This document shows, one piece after another, positions 9,666 through 18,653 of a DNA stretch of 64,000 nt. The DNA is taken from the NCBI GenBank assembly GCA_044356295.1, contig JBIKWN010000006.1, positions 1 through 64,000 of the forward strand, written 5' to 3'. How positions within the stretch are numbered: position 1 is the first letter of the stretch; each line of letters opens with the position of its first letter. The translations under genes were made by a program, and so were the position numbers. The notes under the pieces are model-generated. The model did not search any database, was not told where the DNA came from, and worked only from the letters and a program-made list of their open reading frames with translations. The DNA is from Bdellovibrionota bacterium. Its GTDB lineage: Bacteria; Bdellovibrionota_C; UBA2361; JBIKWN01.

Positions 9666-10562
9666 TCACCCCTTAATGCCCCTATCTTTGCAAAATACTT
9701 CATATGCCTTCTGAATATCAAGAAATCGCTCATTGGAAGCCTTAAGCATATGAGAGGGAATATCCTTCGGAAGAACATCTGGATGATACTGTCGAACGAG
9801 CTGTCGATATTTCCTTTTTATCGAAGACGTTGAATCAGAGGCATCGACTCCAAGGGCTAATGCCCAGGCAAGATCTGAAAGAGGTTTATGTCTTGATTGA
9901 TTAGACTTATTATTTTCGCTTTTTTTGTAATTTTCTTGTCGTTGTTTCGATTGTTGATCATATTTTGCTTTTTCAGATTCTCTTTGATTCTGTTCTGCAT
10001 TTTGATGGAACTCTTTTTCTTTCTCTTGCTGCGTAGGGGCACCTTCGATCTTAGTTTTCCAATTATGATGGCGCGCTGTTAACCGAGAAATAGTTCTAGG
10101 AGAGAGCTGAAAAATAATCGCTGCTTCTGATAATAATATCTGTTCAGACTTTGTAAGAATATTATCAACATACGCCATAGAGAGAAGCACATCAAAAGCA
10201 TTTTCAATAAGGGCACGTTGATTTTTGAATCGTAAAAAAAATTCTTTCGCCAAATCGCTAAATGATTTTCGAGAGTGCTGTACATGAAATAAAACTTTGC
10301 GGGCAGACTTTTTCTGAGCAGACGTCAAGGAAAAATGTGTCTCTAATAGATCTAGAAAAAGTTTTAGTTCAGGTTGGCTAATTGCACCATCAACAGCAGC
10401 CATTTTAGCTGTCATCGAAATTATTCCATTAAAGAACCTTCTTCCCTGGAATGGGCGAAGCCTCAGTGATAGCACTGACCAAAAAGGCCAATCAACACTA
10501 TCAAGCTTAGTGACTTCTTGTGGATCAAGTTTTTTGTTTTTCTTTCGAAACAGTCGAAGCAT
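9666..10562 (-). CDS. djlA: DjlA-like co-chaperone (TerB-like domain plus C-terminal J domain)
   Basis: AKMAAVDG TerB-like motif; J domain with HPD and F.DIQ.AYE. Confidence 0.7.
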   Translation of the reverse strand: MLRLFRKKNKKLDPQEVTKLDSVDWPFWSVLSLRLRPFQGRRFFNGIISMTAKMAAVDGAISQPELKLFLDLLETHFSLTSAQKKSARKVLFHVQHSRKSFSDLAKEFFLRFKNQRALIENAFDVLLSMAYVDNILTKSEQILLSEAAIIFQLSPRTISRLTARHHNWKTKIEGAPTQQEKEKEFHQNAEQNQRESEKAKYDQQSKQRQENYKKSENNKSNQSRHKPLSDLAWALALGVDASDSTSSIKRKYRQLVRQYHPDVLPKDIPSHMLKASNERFLDIQKAYEVFCKDRGIKG

Positions 10563-10565
10563 ACA

Positions 10566-13298
10566 TTAATGTGCTTGACCCCAATTCTGCCCGACACCTA
10601 CTTCAGCTTTTAACGGCACAAGAAATGTCACAACATGCTCCATTTCTTTTTGAATCCTTACTTTCATAAGTTCCGCATGTTCTTTTGGTGCTTCGAAAAC
10701 GAGCTCATCATGAACTTGAGAAATCATTGTTAATGGAAGATTTTCTTCTCGGATAGCTTTATCAATAGAAATCATTGCAAGCTTTACTATATCTGCAGCA
10801 GTACCTTGAATTGGGGCATTCACAGCAATTCGATTTTGAAACCCTTTGTCTCGTTCAGAAAATTCTGAAGGTTGTATAAATCTTTTACGCCCAAAAACAG
10901 TAGTAACACACCCAAGGGTAGCGGCATCGGATTCAAGTTTAGCGAACAACTTCTTTACACCAGGATACTGATTGAAATAATTTTGGATATACATCTCTGC
11001 TTCACGCATGGAAACTGAGAGCTCTTTCGATAAACGAAATGCACCCATCCCATAAATAATTCCAAAATTAAGTGTTTTTCCGACCCGTCGTTGTTCAGTG
11101 GTAACATCAAAAAGCGGAGGAACTGCAAAGATTTCTCGGGCTGTTTTCGTATGAATATCAATACCCTGATGAAAAGCATCGATTAAATTTTTATCTTCAC
11201 TCATATGAGCCAGCACTCTAAGCTCAATCTGTGAATAGTCAGCAGATAAGATGACAGAGCCAGGTTCTGCGATAAACGCCTGTCTAATCTTTGCGCCTTC
11301 TGTGGTTTGAATCGGAATATTTTGAAGGTTTGGATCAGATGAAGAAAGACGTCCTGTGGCAGTTACGGTTTGATTAAACTTTGAATGAATTCGATCTGTT
11401 TTTTTATTAATAGATGTTGGCAGTGAATCAACATAGGTGCTTTTTAATTTAAAAAGGGTTCTATGTCTTAAGATCTCTTTAGGAACTTCATGACGTTCCG
11501 CTAAAATTTCAAGGACACTAGCATCAGTTGAAAATCCAGTTTTTGTCTTCTTTACACCTTTGGTAGATATCCCAAGTTTTGTAAATAAAACTTCGCCGAG
11601 CTGTTTTGGAGAATTAAAATTAAACTCTTCTCCGACCATTGCAATAATTCGCTCGCGAACTAATTCTAATTCAGCAGTTATTTCTTCACTCATCCCTGCG
11701 AGGAATTTTTCATCAACTTTTACTCCGGCTAACTCCATTCTAGAAAGGACTGGCACTAGCGGCATTTCGATTGTTTTGAAAACATTTGTAAGCTCTTTTT
11801 CTTCCAGTAGCGGGAAAAGCACTTTATAAAGATCATATGCAACGAGGGCATCCTCAGCAGAATACTCTGCTGCCGCTTCTATAGGGACAGCTTGGAATCC
11901 TTCCTCTACATTTTGCAGAGATTCATATTCAATAACACCACGTGAAAGGTACTCAGCAGCAAGCGCTGTCATACCAAATCCATTTTTATCTGGATTTAAA
12001 AGATACGCTGCAACCATTGTGCAAAAAAGATTACCTTCTACTTGTACACCCTGAGCTGCGAGAATACTTAGATCAAATTTAAGATTTTGTCCTATCTTCA
12101 AAGAAGTTTTATCGGAAAATACAGGGTTTATCTCTTTTTTAAAAAGTTCCCACGGAATCTGTTCTGATACTTTTTCACCATTGGTATGTGAAAAAGGAAT
12201 GTAGAAGTTAGAATCACCTCCAAATGAGAAAGACATACCAACAACGTCTGCACAGTGCGGATCAAGAGAAGTTGTTTCAATGTCGAACGCAAATTCCTTC
12301 TGTGAAGCTATTGAAGTAAGAAAAGAATTTAAATCATTTTTATAGATTGTTTTATATAAAGATGAGCTTATCGTTGATGCAGGCTTTTCATATTTCAGAG
12401 AAAGCTCTTTTAAAAGAGAGGTAAACTCAAGTTTCGAAAAAAGAGTTTCTACTGCATCTTTGTCAGGACTTTTTCTTGCACAAAAAATTAAAAGCTCTTC
12501 ATCTGATTTATCTCGAAGATCAATTGGAGCGTCGGTAAGTATCTCAACTAGTTTTTTACAGAGGCGCAGAGTTTCTTTATTTTCTGAAATATTCTCAGCA
12601 AGTTTCTCTCTACTTCGAATTGTTTTATCAACTTTAATCTGATCTACTGCAGCAATAATTGACTCGATCGAGCCGTACTGTTGAACAAGTTGAGTCGCAG
12701 TTTTAGGACCCACTCCGCTCAGTCCTGGTATATTATCTGACGTGTCACCCATAAGGGAAAGGACATCGACAACTTGGGAAGGAGGCACACCAAACTTTTC
12801 AATAACGCCTTCCGCTCCAAACTTTTTATCCTTCATCGTATCCCAGATTGATACGTTATCATTAACTAACTGACAGATATCTTTATCACCAGTAATTATA
12901 CAGACAGGATGTCCAAGCTCAGAAAATCTTTTTGAAAGTGTTCCAATAATATCATCAGCTTCAAATCCAGGAAGCTCAAGCACTGGCAATCCTAATACGG
13001 ATGACAGTTCACGAAAAACTGGCATCTGTGGAACCAATTCAGGGGGACACTCTGCTCGGTTTGCTTTATAAGCTTCATAAAGATCATTTCGAAATGTTTT
13101 TTTCCCTGCATCGAAAATCATAACGACATGTACAGAATCTGAAAGCTTTAAAAGCTTTCCAAGCATTCGGGTAAATCCGTAAAGGGCGTTAGTCGGAAAG
13201 CCTTCCTTTGTAGATAAAGGAGCTACGGCATAAAAGGCTCTAAAAATGTAGCCACTGCCGTCAATGAGGTAAATCTTTTCTTTTTGGTTCTCGGTCAT
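10566..13298 (-). CDS. polA: DNA polymerase I
   Basis: LIDGS...FRAF 5'-exonuclease, FDIET 3'-exonuclease, TGRLSSSDPNLQNIP, DYSQIELR, VHDELVFE. Confidence 0.98.
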   Translation of the reverse strand: MTENQKEKIYLIDGSGYIFRAFYAVAPLSTKEGFPTNALYGFTRMLGKLLKLSDSVHVVMIFDAGKKTFRNDLYEAYKANRAECPPELVPQMPVFRELSSVLGLPVLELPGFEADDIIGTLSKRFSELGHPVCIITGDKDICQLVNDNVSIWDTMKDKKFGAEGVIEKFGVPPSQVVDVLSLMGDTSDNIPGLSGVGPKTATQLVQQYGSIESIIAAVDQIKVDKTIRSREKLAENISENKETLRLCKKLVEILTDAPIDLRDKSDEELLIFCARKSPDKDAVETLFSKLEFTSLLKELSLKYEKPASTISSSLYKTIYKNDLNSFLTSIASQKEFAFDIETTSLDPHCADVVGMSFSFGGDSNFYIPFSHTNGEKVSEQIPWELFKKEINPVFSDKTSLKIGQNLKFDLSILAAQGVQVEGNLFCTMVAAYLLNPDKNGFGMTALAAEYLSRGVIEYESLQNVEEGFQAVPIEAAAEYSAEDALVAYDLYKVLFPLLEEKELTNVFKTIEMPLVPVLSRMELAGVKVDEKFLAGMSEEITAELELVRERIIAMVGEEFNFNSPKQLGEVLFTKLGISTKGVKKTKTGFSTDASVLEILAERHEVPKEILRHRTLFKLKSTYVDSLPTSINKKTDRIHSKFNQTVTATGRLSSSDPNLQNIPIQTTEGAKIRQAFIAEPGSVILSADYSQIELRVLAHMSEDKNLIDAFHQGIDIHTKTAREIFAVPPLFDVTTEQRRVGKTLNFGIIYGMGAFRLSKELSVSMREAEMYIQNYFNQYPGVKKLFAKLESDAATLGCVTTVFGRKRFIQPSEFSERDKGFQNRIAVNAPIQGTAADIVKLAMISIDKAIREENLPLTMISQVHDELVFEAPKEHAELMKVRIQKEMEHVVTFLVPLKAEVGVGQNWGQAH

Positions 13299-13443
13299 CG
13301 GGGTGATAGTACCAAGAAACGGTAAAAGGTTGCCAGAGCCTGTACGGCTAAATATAGCTCATATACAACTAAATAGGTTCCCTAAGCTCAGGGGCATCTT
13401 ACTATCATTTTAAAAAATACTTTTCCTCTCTAAGAAAATATAG

Positions 13444-13466
13444 TTCAATACTATTGAAGTATTGAA
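13444..13466. promoter_or_regulatory. Probable operator of the ArsR-family regulator
   Basis: Perfect inverted repeat TTCAATAC-N7-GTATTGAA (with nested TTCAATA-C-TATTGAA) about 40 bp upstream of the regulator. Confidence 0.55.
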
Positions 13467-13504
13467 TAATAATACTTACATACTCGTCAAAGAACACACT
13501 CGTT

Positions 13505-13834
13505 ATGCCAAGAAAGTTTATACATCCTAAAAGCAAAGATTTCTCACTGGATGGAATCTTACATGCACTTTCTGACCCTTTTCGCAGGATAATCGTTCAA
13601 AATCTTTTAAAAGCAAAAGGTGTGAGTTGTAATAAAAGCTGTGATTCACTTCCTGCCTCTACGCTCTCATTCCATTTTGGCATTCTTCGAGAATCTGGAT
13701 TGGTATTATCCGAGAAAAAAGGAGTGAGTCTTGTAAATACACTCCGAAAAAAAGAAATAGATAAGAAATTCCCCGGACTTATCGAAACAATTTTACGTCA
13801 TCACGAAACAAAAACTAAACCTAAAAGGAAATAA
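13505..13834 (+). CDS. ArsR/SmtB-family HTH transcriptional regulator
   Basis: LHALSDP.R..IV and STLSFHF.ILRESGL. Confidence 0.85.
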   Translation: MPRKFIHPKSKDFSLDGILHALSDPFRRIIVQNLLKAKGVSCNKSCDSLPASTLSFHFGILRESGLVLSEKKGVSLVNTLRKKEIDKKFPGLIETILRHHETKTKPKRK

Positions 13835-13838
13835 TTCT

Positions 13839-14915
13839 ATGAAACTGTTTGAACCATTTATGCTTGGAACTCTTCCATTAAACAACCACCTGATCATGGC
13901 GCCGCTCACTAGAAGCAGAGCATCCGCCGACGGCATTCATTCAGATATTGCTGTTACCTACTACACGCAACGTGCAAGTGCGGGGCTTATTATCTCTGAA
14001 GCAACAGCAGTCTCGAAACAAGGATCAGGCTATCCACATATTCCTGGAATCTGGAACGATGCTCAAGAAAAAGCATGGTCAAAAATTACCTCTGCGGTTC
14101 ACCAAGAAAACGGAAAGATATTTATTCAACTTTTTCATACTGGACGCATTGGGCATTCCTCGCTTTTAGCTGAACAACCTGTATCTGCAAGCGACAAAAC
14201 TCCAGAAGGTGAAATAATGGCTTCAGATTTTTCAATGAAAAAATATGAAACACCTCGAGCCCTTCCAATAAATGAAATTCCAACCATTGTTGCTCAATTT
14301 AAAAACGCAGCAGTTCATGCAAAAAATGCAGGATTTGATGGTATTGAAATCCATGGTGCTAATGGATATTTGATTGATCAATTCCTACGTGATGGATCAA
14401 ACAGCAGGACAGATGATTACGGTGGGTCAATTGAAAACAGAGCAAGACTTCTAACAGAAATCATAACAGCAGTTATAGATGTTTGGGGCCCACAAAAAGT
14501 TGGTGTCCGCCTCTCGCCACATAACGCTTTTAATTCAATGTCAGATTCAGATCCAGTGACTACATTTGTTGAAGTATCAAAAATTCTTAATCAATTTCCA
14601 TTAGCGTATCTGCACCTGATGGAACCAATTGGCGAGCACCCTTTTGCGGCTCAAAAAGGATCAGTTCGTGTTACCAACCGAATTCGTGAAGTATATAAAA
14701 GCATCCTGATGGTTAATGGTGGAATCAACAAAGAGATCGGCGAAGAGTTTTTACAAGAAGGAAAAGCTGATCTGATCTGTATGGGTGTTCCGTTTATTGC
14801 GAATCCAGATTTAGTGACTCGTTTAAAAAACAACCTGCCCCTTGCTGCGCCTAAGTATGAACTTTTTTATTCTGGTGGCGAAAAAGGCTATATTGATTAT
14901 CCGAATGCGGGATGA
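13839..14915 (+). CDS. nemA: Old-yellow-enzyme alkene reductase (NemA-like)
   Basis: MAPLTRSR, GLIISEAT, AGFDGIEIHGANGYL, RTDDYGGSIENR. Confidence 0.9.
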   Translation: MKLFEPFMLGTLPLNNHLIMAPLTRSRASADGIHSDIAVTYYTQRASAGLIISEATAVSKQGSGYPHIPGIWNDAQEKAWSKITSAVHQENGKIFIQLFHTGRIGHSSLLAEQPVSASDKTPEGEIMASDFSMKKYETPRALPINEIPTIVAQFKNAAVHAKNAGFDGIEIHGANGYLIDQFLRDGSNSRTDDYGGSIENRARLLTEIITAVIDVWGPQKVGVRLSPHNAFNSMSDSDPVTTFVEVSKILNQFPLAYLHLMEPIGEHPFAAQKGSVRVTNRIREVYKSILMVNGGINKEIGEEFLQEGKADLICMGVPFIANPDLVTRLKNNLPLAAPKYELFYSGGEKGYIDYPNAG

Positions 14916-14946
14916 CGTTGTGGATGAAAAGTTTACGCCCAAGGCC

Positions 14947-15072
14947 CCAATGTCATTAAGTTACGGATTTTCACCCGTGACCTTGACCGTAGGCGTGAGC
15001 GTGACCTGTTCTTTTTCGTTCACGCCTACGCTCACGGTCACGGGGATCATGTGCTTAACTTAATGACATTGG
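14947..15072. mobile_element. MITE/REP-like element, family A, copy 1
   Basis: Perfect 17-bp terminal inverted repeat CCAATGTCATTAAGTTA...TAACTTAATGACATTGG around an inner hairpin of CGTGAC/CGTGAG hexamers; second copy at 29375-29509. Confidence 0.75.
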
Positions 15073-15173
15073 CCCAAAGCCCTGCTAAGTAAGACAAAAG
15101 ACCTCTAAGGGCGTAAATTTTTTCGATGTTTTTTGTTCTACGCGAGTCTGTGCAAAAATGATATAATCCCATT

Positions 15174-15404
15174 ATGACTCGCGATGCAAAACAACTTCTA
15201 GATGCAGCACTTGGATTATCTGAGCAAGATAGAGCTACTATTGCATCTTCACTCATTGAGAGCTTAGAACAACCCAGCGATATAGATGTCGAAGAAGCCT
15301 GGCAGGAGGAAGTAACAAAACGATTAAATGACATTCAATCTGGTAACATAAAGCCAATCTCTTGGCTTGATGCTCGTAAAGCAATTACAGATACAATCAA
15401 ATAA
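15174..15404 (+). CDS. Putative addiction-module antitoxin (TIGR02574-like)
   Basis: AL.L...DRA.IA..LI.SL, EAW..E..KR, I.SG..KPI.W; directly upstream of a RelE/ParE-like ORF. Confidence 0.8.
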   Translation: MTRDAKQLLDAALGLSEQDRATIASSLIESLEQPSDIDVEEAWQEEVTKRLNDIQSGNIKPISWLDARKAITDTIK

Positions 15405-15409
15405 TAGCA

Positions 15410-15598
15410 ATGGAAGTATTTCTCCATCCTGAAGCGCTTAATGAAGCTCGGGCAGCGTTTCTGTGGTATTCCACTCGCAGATTTTTATTTCGGCGATTTC
15501 CTTTCAGCTTAATCTACTTTATTCAAGAAACAAGCATTCTTGTTGTAGCGGTTGCACACGGTCGTCGTAAACCAGGTTACTGGAATAATCGAAAATAA
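15410..15598 (+). pseudogene. RelE/ParE-family toxin with an apparent internal in-frame deletion
   Basis: N-terminal HPEA..E...A..WY is joined almost directly to RR..FPFSLIY...VVAVAH.RRKPGYW; 62 aa versus about 95-100 typical. Confidence 0.65.
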
Positions 15599-15721
15599 TT
15601 TCTAATGAACAACTATTACTTGGGCTGATTTCTCAAATAAATGCTAACGATAACCCCTTTTGATAATTACCCCTAAAAATGATAAAAATCACACCTGATT
15701 TAAAAATAATTAGGCTAATCT

Positions 15722-16279
15722 ATGAAAGCTAAAGACGTAAGAAAAGGAACTGTCCTTCTTTATAACAGCGCTCCGTATAAAGTTCTTGAATACAAACACA
15801 TCACCCCTGGTAAAGGGAACGCGAAGTGTTGGTTCAAAATGAGAAACTTAATTAATGGACTCCAATCAGAGAACTCAGTGATGTCTGTTGAAGACTTAGA
15901 AACTGCTGATGTCTACAATTATAAAGCTACATATCTTTATAATGATGCTGATGGATATCACTTCATGGGGATTGATAACTTTGAAGAAGTAGTTCTTACA
16001 GCTGATGCACTCGGTGATCATGTGTACTACCTTCAAGATCAGATGCAAGTTGATGTGACAACTTTTAATGAGCAACCAATTGGTATCAATATCCCTTCAA
16101 CCGTTGTTCTCACCGTTGTTGAAACTGAGCCTGAAGTTAAAGGTGGAACAGTTACAAGCTCTGGAAAACCTGCAAAACTTGATACAGGTCTTACTGTTAC
16201 GGTTCCAGCTTTTGTTAAAGAAGGTGATCGTATCACTGTTAATACTGAGGAAGGCACTTACTTAGGACGGAGTGACTAA
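15722..16279 (+). CDS. efp: Translation elongation factor P
   Basis: PGKG loop, YLY.D, KPAKL.TG..V.VP.FV..GD. Confidence 0.95.
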   Translation: MKAKDVRKGTVLLYNSAPYKVLEYKHITPGKGNAKCWFKMRNLINGLQSENSVMSVEDLETADVYNYKATYLYNDADGYHFMGIDNFEEVVLTADALGDHVYYLQDQMQVDVTTFNEQPIGINIPSTVVLTVVETEPEVKGGTVTSSGKPAKLDTGLTVTVPAFVKEGDRITVNTEEGTYLGRSD

Positions 16280-16298
16280 TACATAACGCCGGCACTTC

Positions 16299-16872
16299 AT
16301 GAATAAAGGAAGATTAGAAGCACTTAGTGACGGCGTCATCGCAATCATGCTCACTATTATGGTGCTTGGTGCCCATTGGCTCAGAACTTTTCAGTCCTGA
16401 AACCCCTACTTCCAGTTTCCTCAGTTACATCTTAAGTTTTGTATTTATTGGAATTTACTGGAATAACCATCACCATATGCTTCAAGCTATTAAGCATGTC
16501 AATGGAAGTGTCCTGTGGGCGAACCTGCACCTTCTTTTTTGGTTATCGTTAGTACCATTTGTAACAGGATGGATGGGAGCAAATAATTTTGCTGCTGGAC
16601 CACTTGCTCTGTACGGTATCGTTTTATGGTTTGCTGGTGTTGCCTATTTTATTCTTTCTCGAGCTCTTATAACTTTACACGGAAGAGAATCAACACTAGG
16701 CACAGCACTTGGCAACGACTTTAAAGGTAAACTTTAGATTGCAATCTATTCAGTTGCAATCATTACTGCATTTACAAATACTTGGATTGCTTGTGCTCTC
16801 TACATAGCAGTAGCCGTTATCTGGCTTATTCCAGATCGCCGAATCGAGAACAAACTTTCAGTTCATCCGTGA
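16299..16872 (+). pseudogene. TMEM175/DUF1211 potassium-channel family pseudogene
   Basis: ATG 16299 reads MNKGRLEALSDGVIAIMLTIMVL, then shifts frame to FLSYILSF...YWNNHHH...; in-frame TAG at 16735-16737; homology continues to WLIPDRRIE and TGA at 16872. Confidence 0.8.
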
Positions 16873-17102
16873 TGATTTTTGAGTAATGTATACAGCTGCT
16901 CTTTGAGGCTCAAACGTTCTTTTCGCAACGTTTCAGCAGCAACTTCTGAGATAAGATCTATTCTTTGATCAGAGCGAACGATTGCTTTATCGACTTCTTG
17001 AAATTTATCAAAAAGCACTTTGAAGTGGGCATTTTCGGTTTTAAGAATATGAATTGTATCTTTATATTCTGGAAATTCGACTGCAAGATTGTGACTGTCC
17101 AT
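16863..17102 (-). CDS. YdcH/DUF465-family small protein
   Basis: H.L..EFPEY...IH.LK..N.HF..LF and LRKERL.LKEQL. Confidence 0.8.
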   Translation of the reverse strand: MDSHNLAVEFPEYKDTIHILKTENAHFKVLFDKFQEVDKAIVRSDQRIDLISEVAAETLRKERLSLKEQLYTLLKNHHG

Positions 17103-17367
17103 ATGGTGATGTAAAAAAAAATATAATAAGTCACCTTAGCATAAAACGAGATGACTGCGAGTTATTAATTCTTAATTTATTTGGATGATTATTGCTCAGC
17201 AAGCAACAGGTTTCTTTTGAAATATTGAATGCGCATTGCTGTATAGTTTTAATTTTCTGATAGTCTCGATTGTTGATTCGATCTTTCCACTATAAAACCC
17301 TGTTTTTAAAACTTATCTCGGATACGTTTCTAACTTAACAGGTCCTCATCAACCTAAAAAAATTACT

Positions 17368-17394
17368 TTAGAAAAAAATTTAAATTGTCGACCA
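17368..17394 (+). promoter_or_regulatory. Possible sigma28-like promoter for the FIST/kinase operon
   Basis: TTAG-N15-GTCGACCA, with the same -35 element and spacing as the flagellin promoter. Confidence 0.3.
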
Positions 17395-17496
17395 TAAACA
17401 ACGCTATTGTACAATAAATTTGGGTCGTCTTTGGTCAAAATTCAGTGCGTAAAAAAGCAGAATCAAAATAAACCATAAAAATGGGAGAACTCGTGT

Positions 17497-18627
17497 ATGC
17501 AAACATATCAACTTAAATGGGAAAATAATTCTTGGAAAAGCCTAGACTTAAATAATGATAATCAAGAACCAAATATGATTCTTGTTTTTTCAGATAGAGC
17601 ATCACTACAAAACGGCATTGGACTAAAAAAGATTTGTGAAAAGTTTCCAAATTCTATTATAACTGGTTGCTCTACTGCCGGCGAAATTCAAGAAGATCGT
17701 GTTTATGATGAATCATTAGTTGCTACGGCAATTTATTTTGAAAAAACAAAAGTTCGGTCATCACGACAAACTATTCAGGCTGATAGTTTAGAGACAGGAA
17801 AGCTTCTAGCAAAACAAATCGATCCTAACGGATTAAAGCATGTTATTGTTTTTTCAGATGGCCTTAAAGTAAACGGAAGTGAATTGGTTAAAGGACTCAA
17901 TGAATATATTCCTTCGGATATTGTTGTGACTGGAGGCTTAGCTGCTGATGGAGGTATTTTTCATCAAACGCTTACAATATTCGATGGAGAAGTGAGAGAT
18001 GATAGTGTTGTTGCAGTAGGATTCTATGGCGATGCAATTGATATCCGTTACGGTTCGTTTGGTGGGTGGGATAGTTTTGGGCCAGAGCGTTACGTATCTA
18101 AATCAACTTCAAACATACTTTTTGAATTAGACGGTCAACCTGCATTAGACCTCTACAAAACCTACCTTGGTGAACATGCCGCTGGCTTGCCTGCCACAGG
18201 TTTACTTTTTCCTTTATGCATTAAAATTGAAGGACAAGAAAATCTAATCGTTCGTACGATTTTGGCAGTTGACGAGGCTGCCAAGTCCATAACTTTTGCA
18301 GGAGACGTTCCACAAGGGTGTACTGCTAGGCTTATGAAAGCAAATTTTGATAGGTTAATTGACGGTGCCATGGATGCTGCGCGTATCATTCAAAAAGCAG
18401 AACAAATAAAAGGGAAAGGTTTAGCTTTGTTAGTGAGCTGCGTAGGTAGAAAAATGGTCCTAGGGCAAAGGGTCGAAGATGAAGTTGATGCTGTTAGAGA
18501 AATTTTAGGTGCTAATTTTGCTACTACCGGCTTTTACTCATATGGAGAAATTGCTCCGTTTAGAATGGGCGAAAGGTGTGAATTACACAATCAGACCATG
18601 ACAGTAACAACATTTCACGAAAAATGA
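17497..18627 (+). CDS. FIST-domain signal transduction protein (NosP-like)
   Basis: GCSTAGEI, SDGL.VNG, GGLAAD, SCVGR, GFYSYGEI, LHNQT. Confidence 0.9.
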   Translation: MQTYQLKWENNSWKSLDLNNDNQEPNMILVFSDRASLQNGIGLKKICEKFPNSIITGCSTAGEIQEDRVYDESLVATAIYFEKTKVRSSRQTIQADSLETGKLLAKQIDPNGLKHVIVFSDGLKVNGSELVKGLNEYIPSDIVVTGGLAADGGIFHQTLTIFDGEVRDDSVVAVGFYGDAIDIRYGSFGGWDSFGPERYVSKSTSNILFELDGQPALDLYKTYLGEHAAGLPATGLLFPLCIKIEGQENLIVRTILAVDEAAKSITFAGDVPQGCTARLMKANFDRLIDGAMDAARIIQKAEQIKGKGLALLVSCVGRKMVLGQRVEDEVDAVREILGANFATTGFYSYGEIAPFRMGERCELHNQTMTVTTFHEK

Positions 18628-18653
18628 GTATTAACTAAATATCCCAATCAAAC

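Noticed and set aside
14842..15063. 73-aa ORF with alternating VTLTVGVSV sequence
   Set aside because: It is a translation of the hexamer repeats inside the family A element.
16735..16737. TAG read-through or alternative genetic code in the TMEM175 gene
   Set aside because: The gene is also frameshifted, and other genes here end normally in TAG, TAA and TGA.
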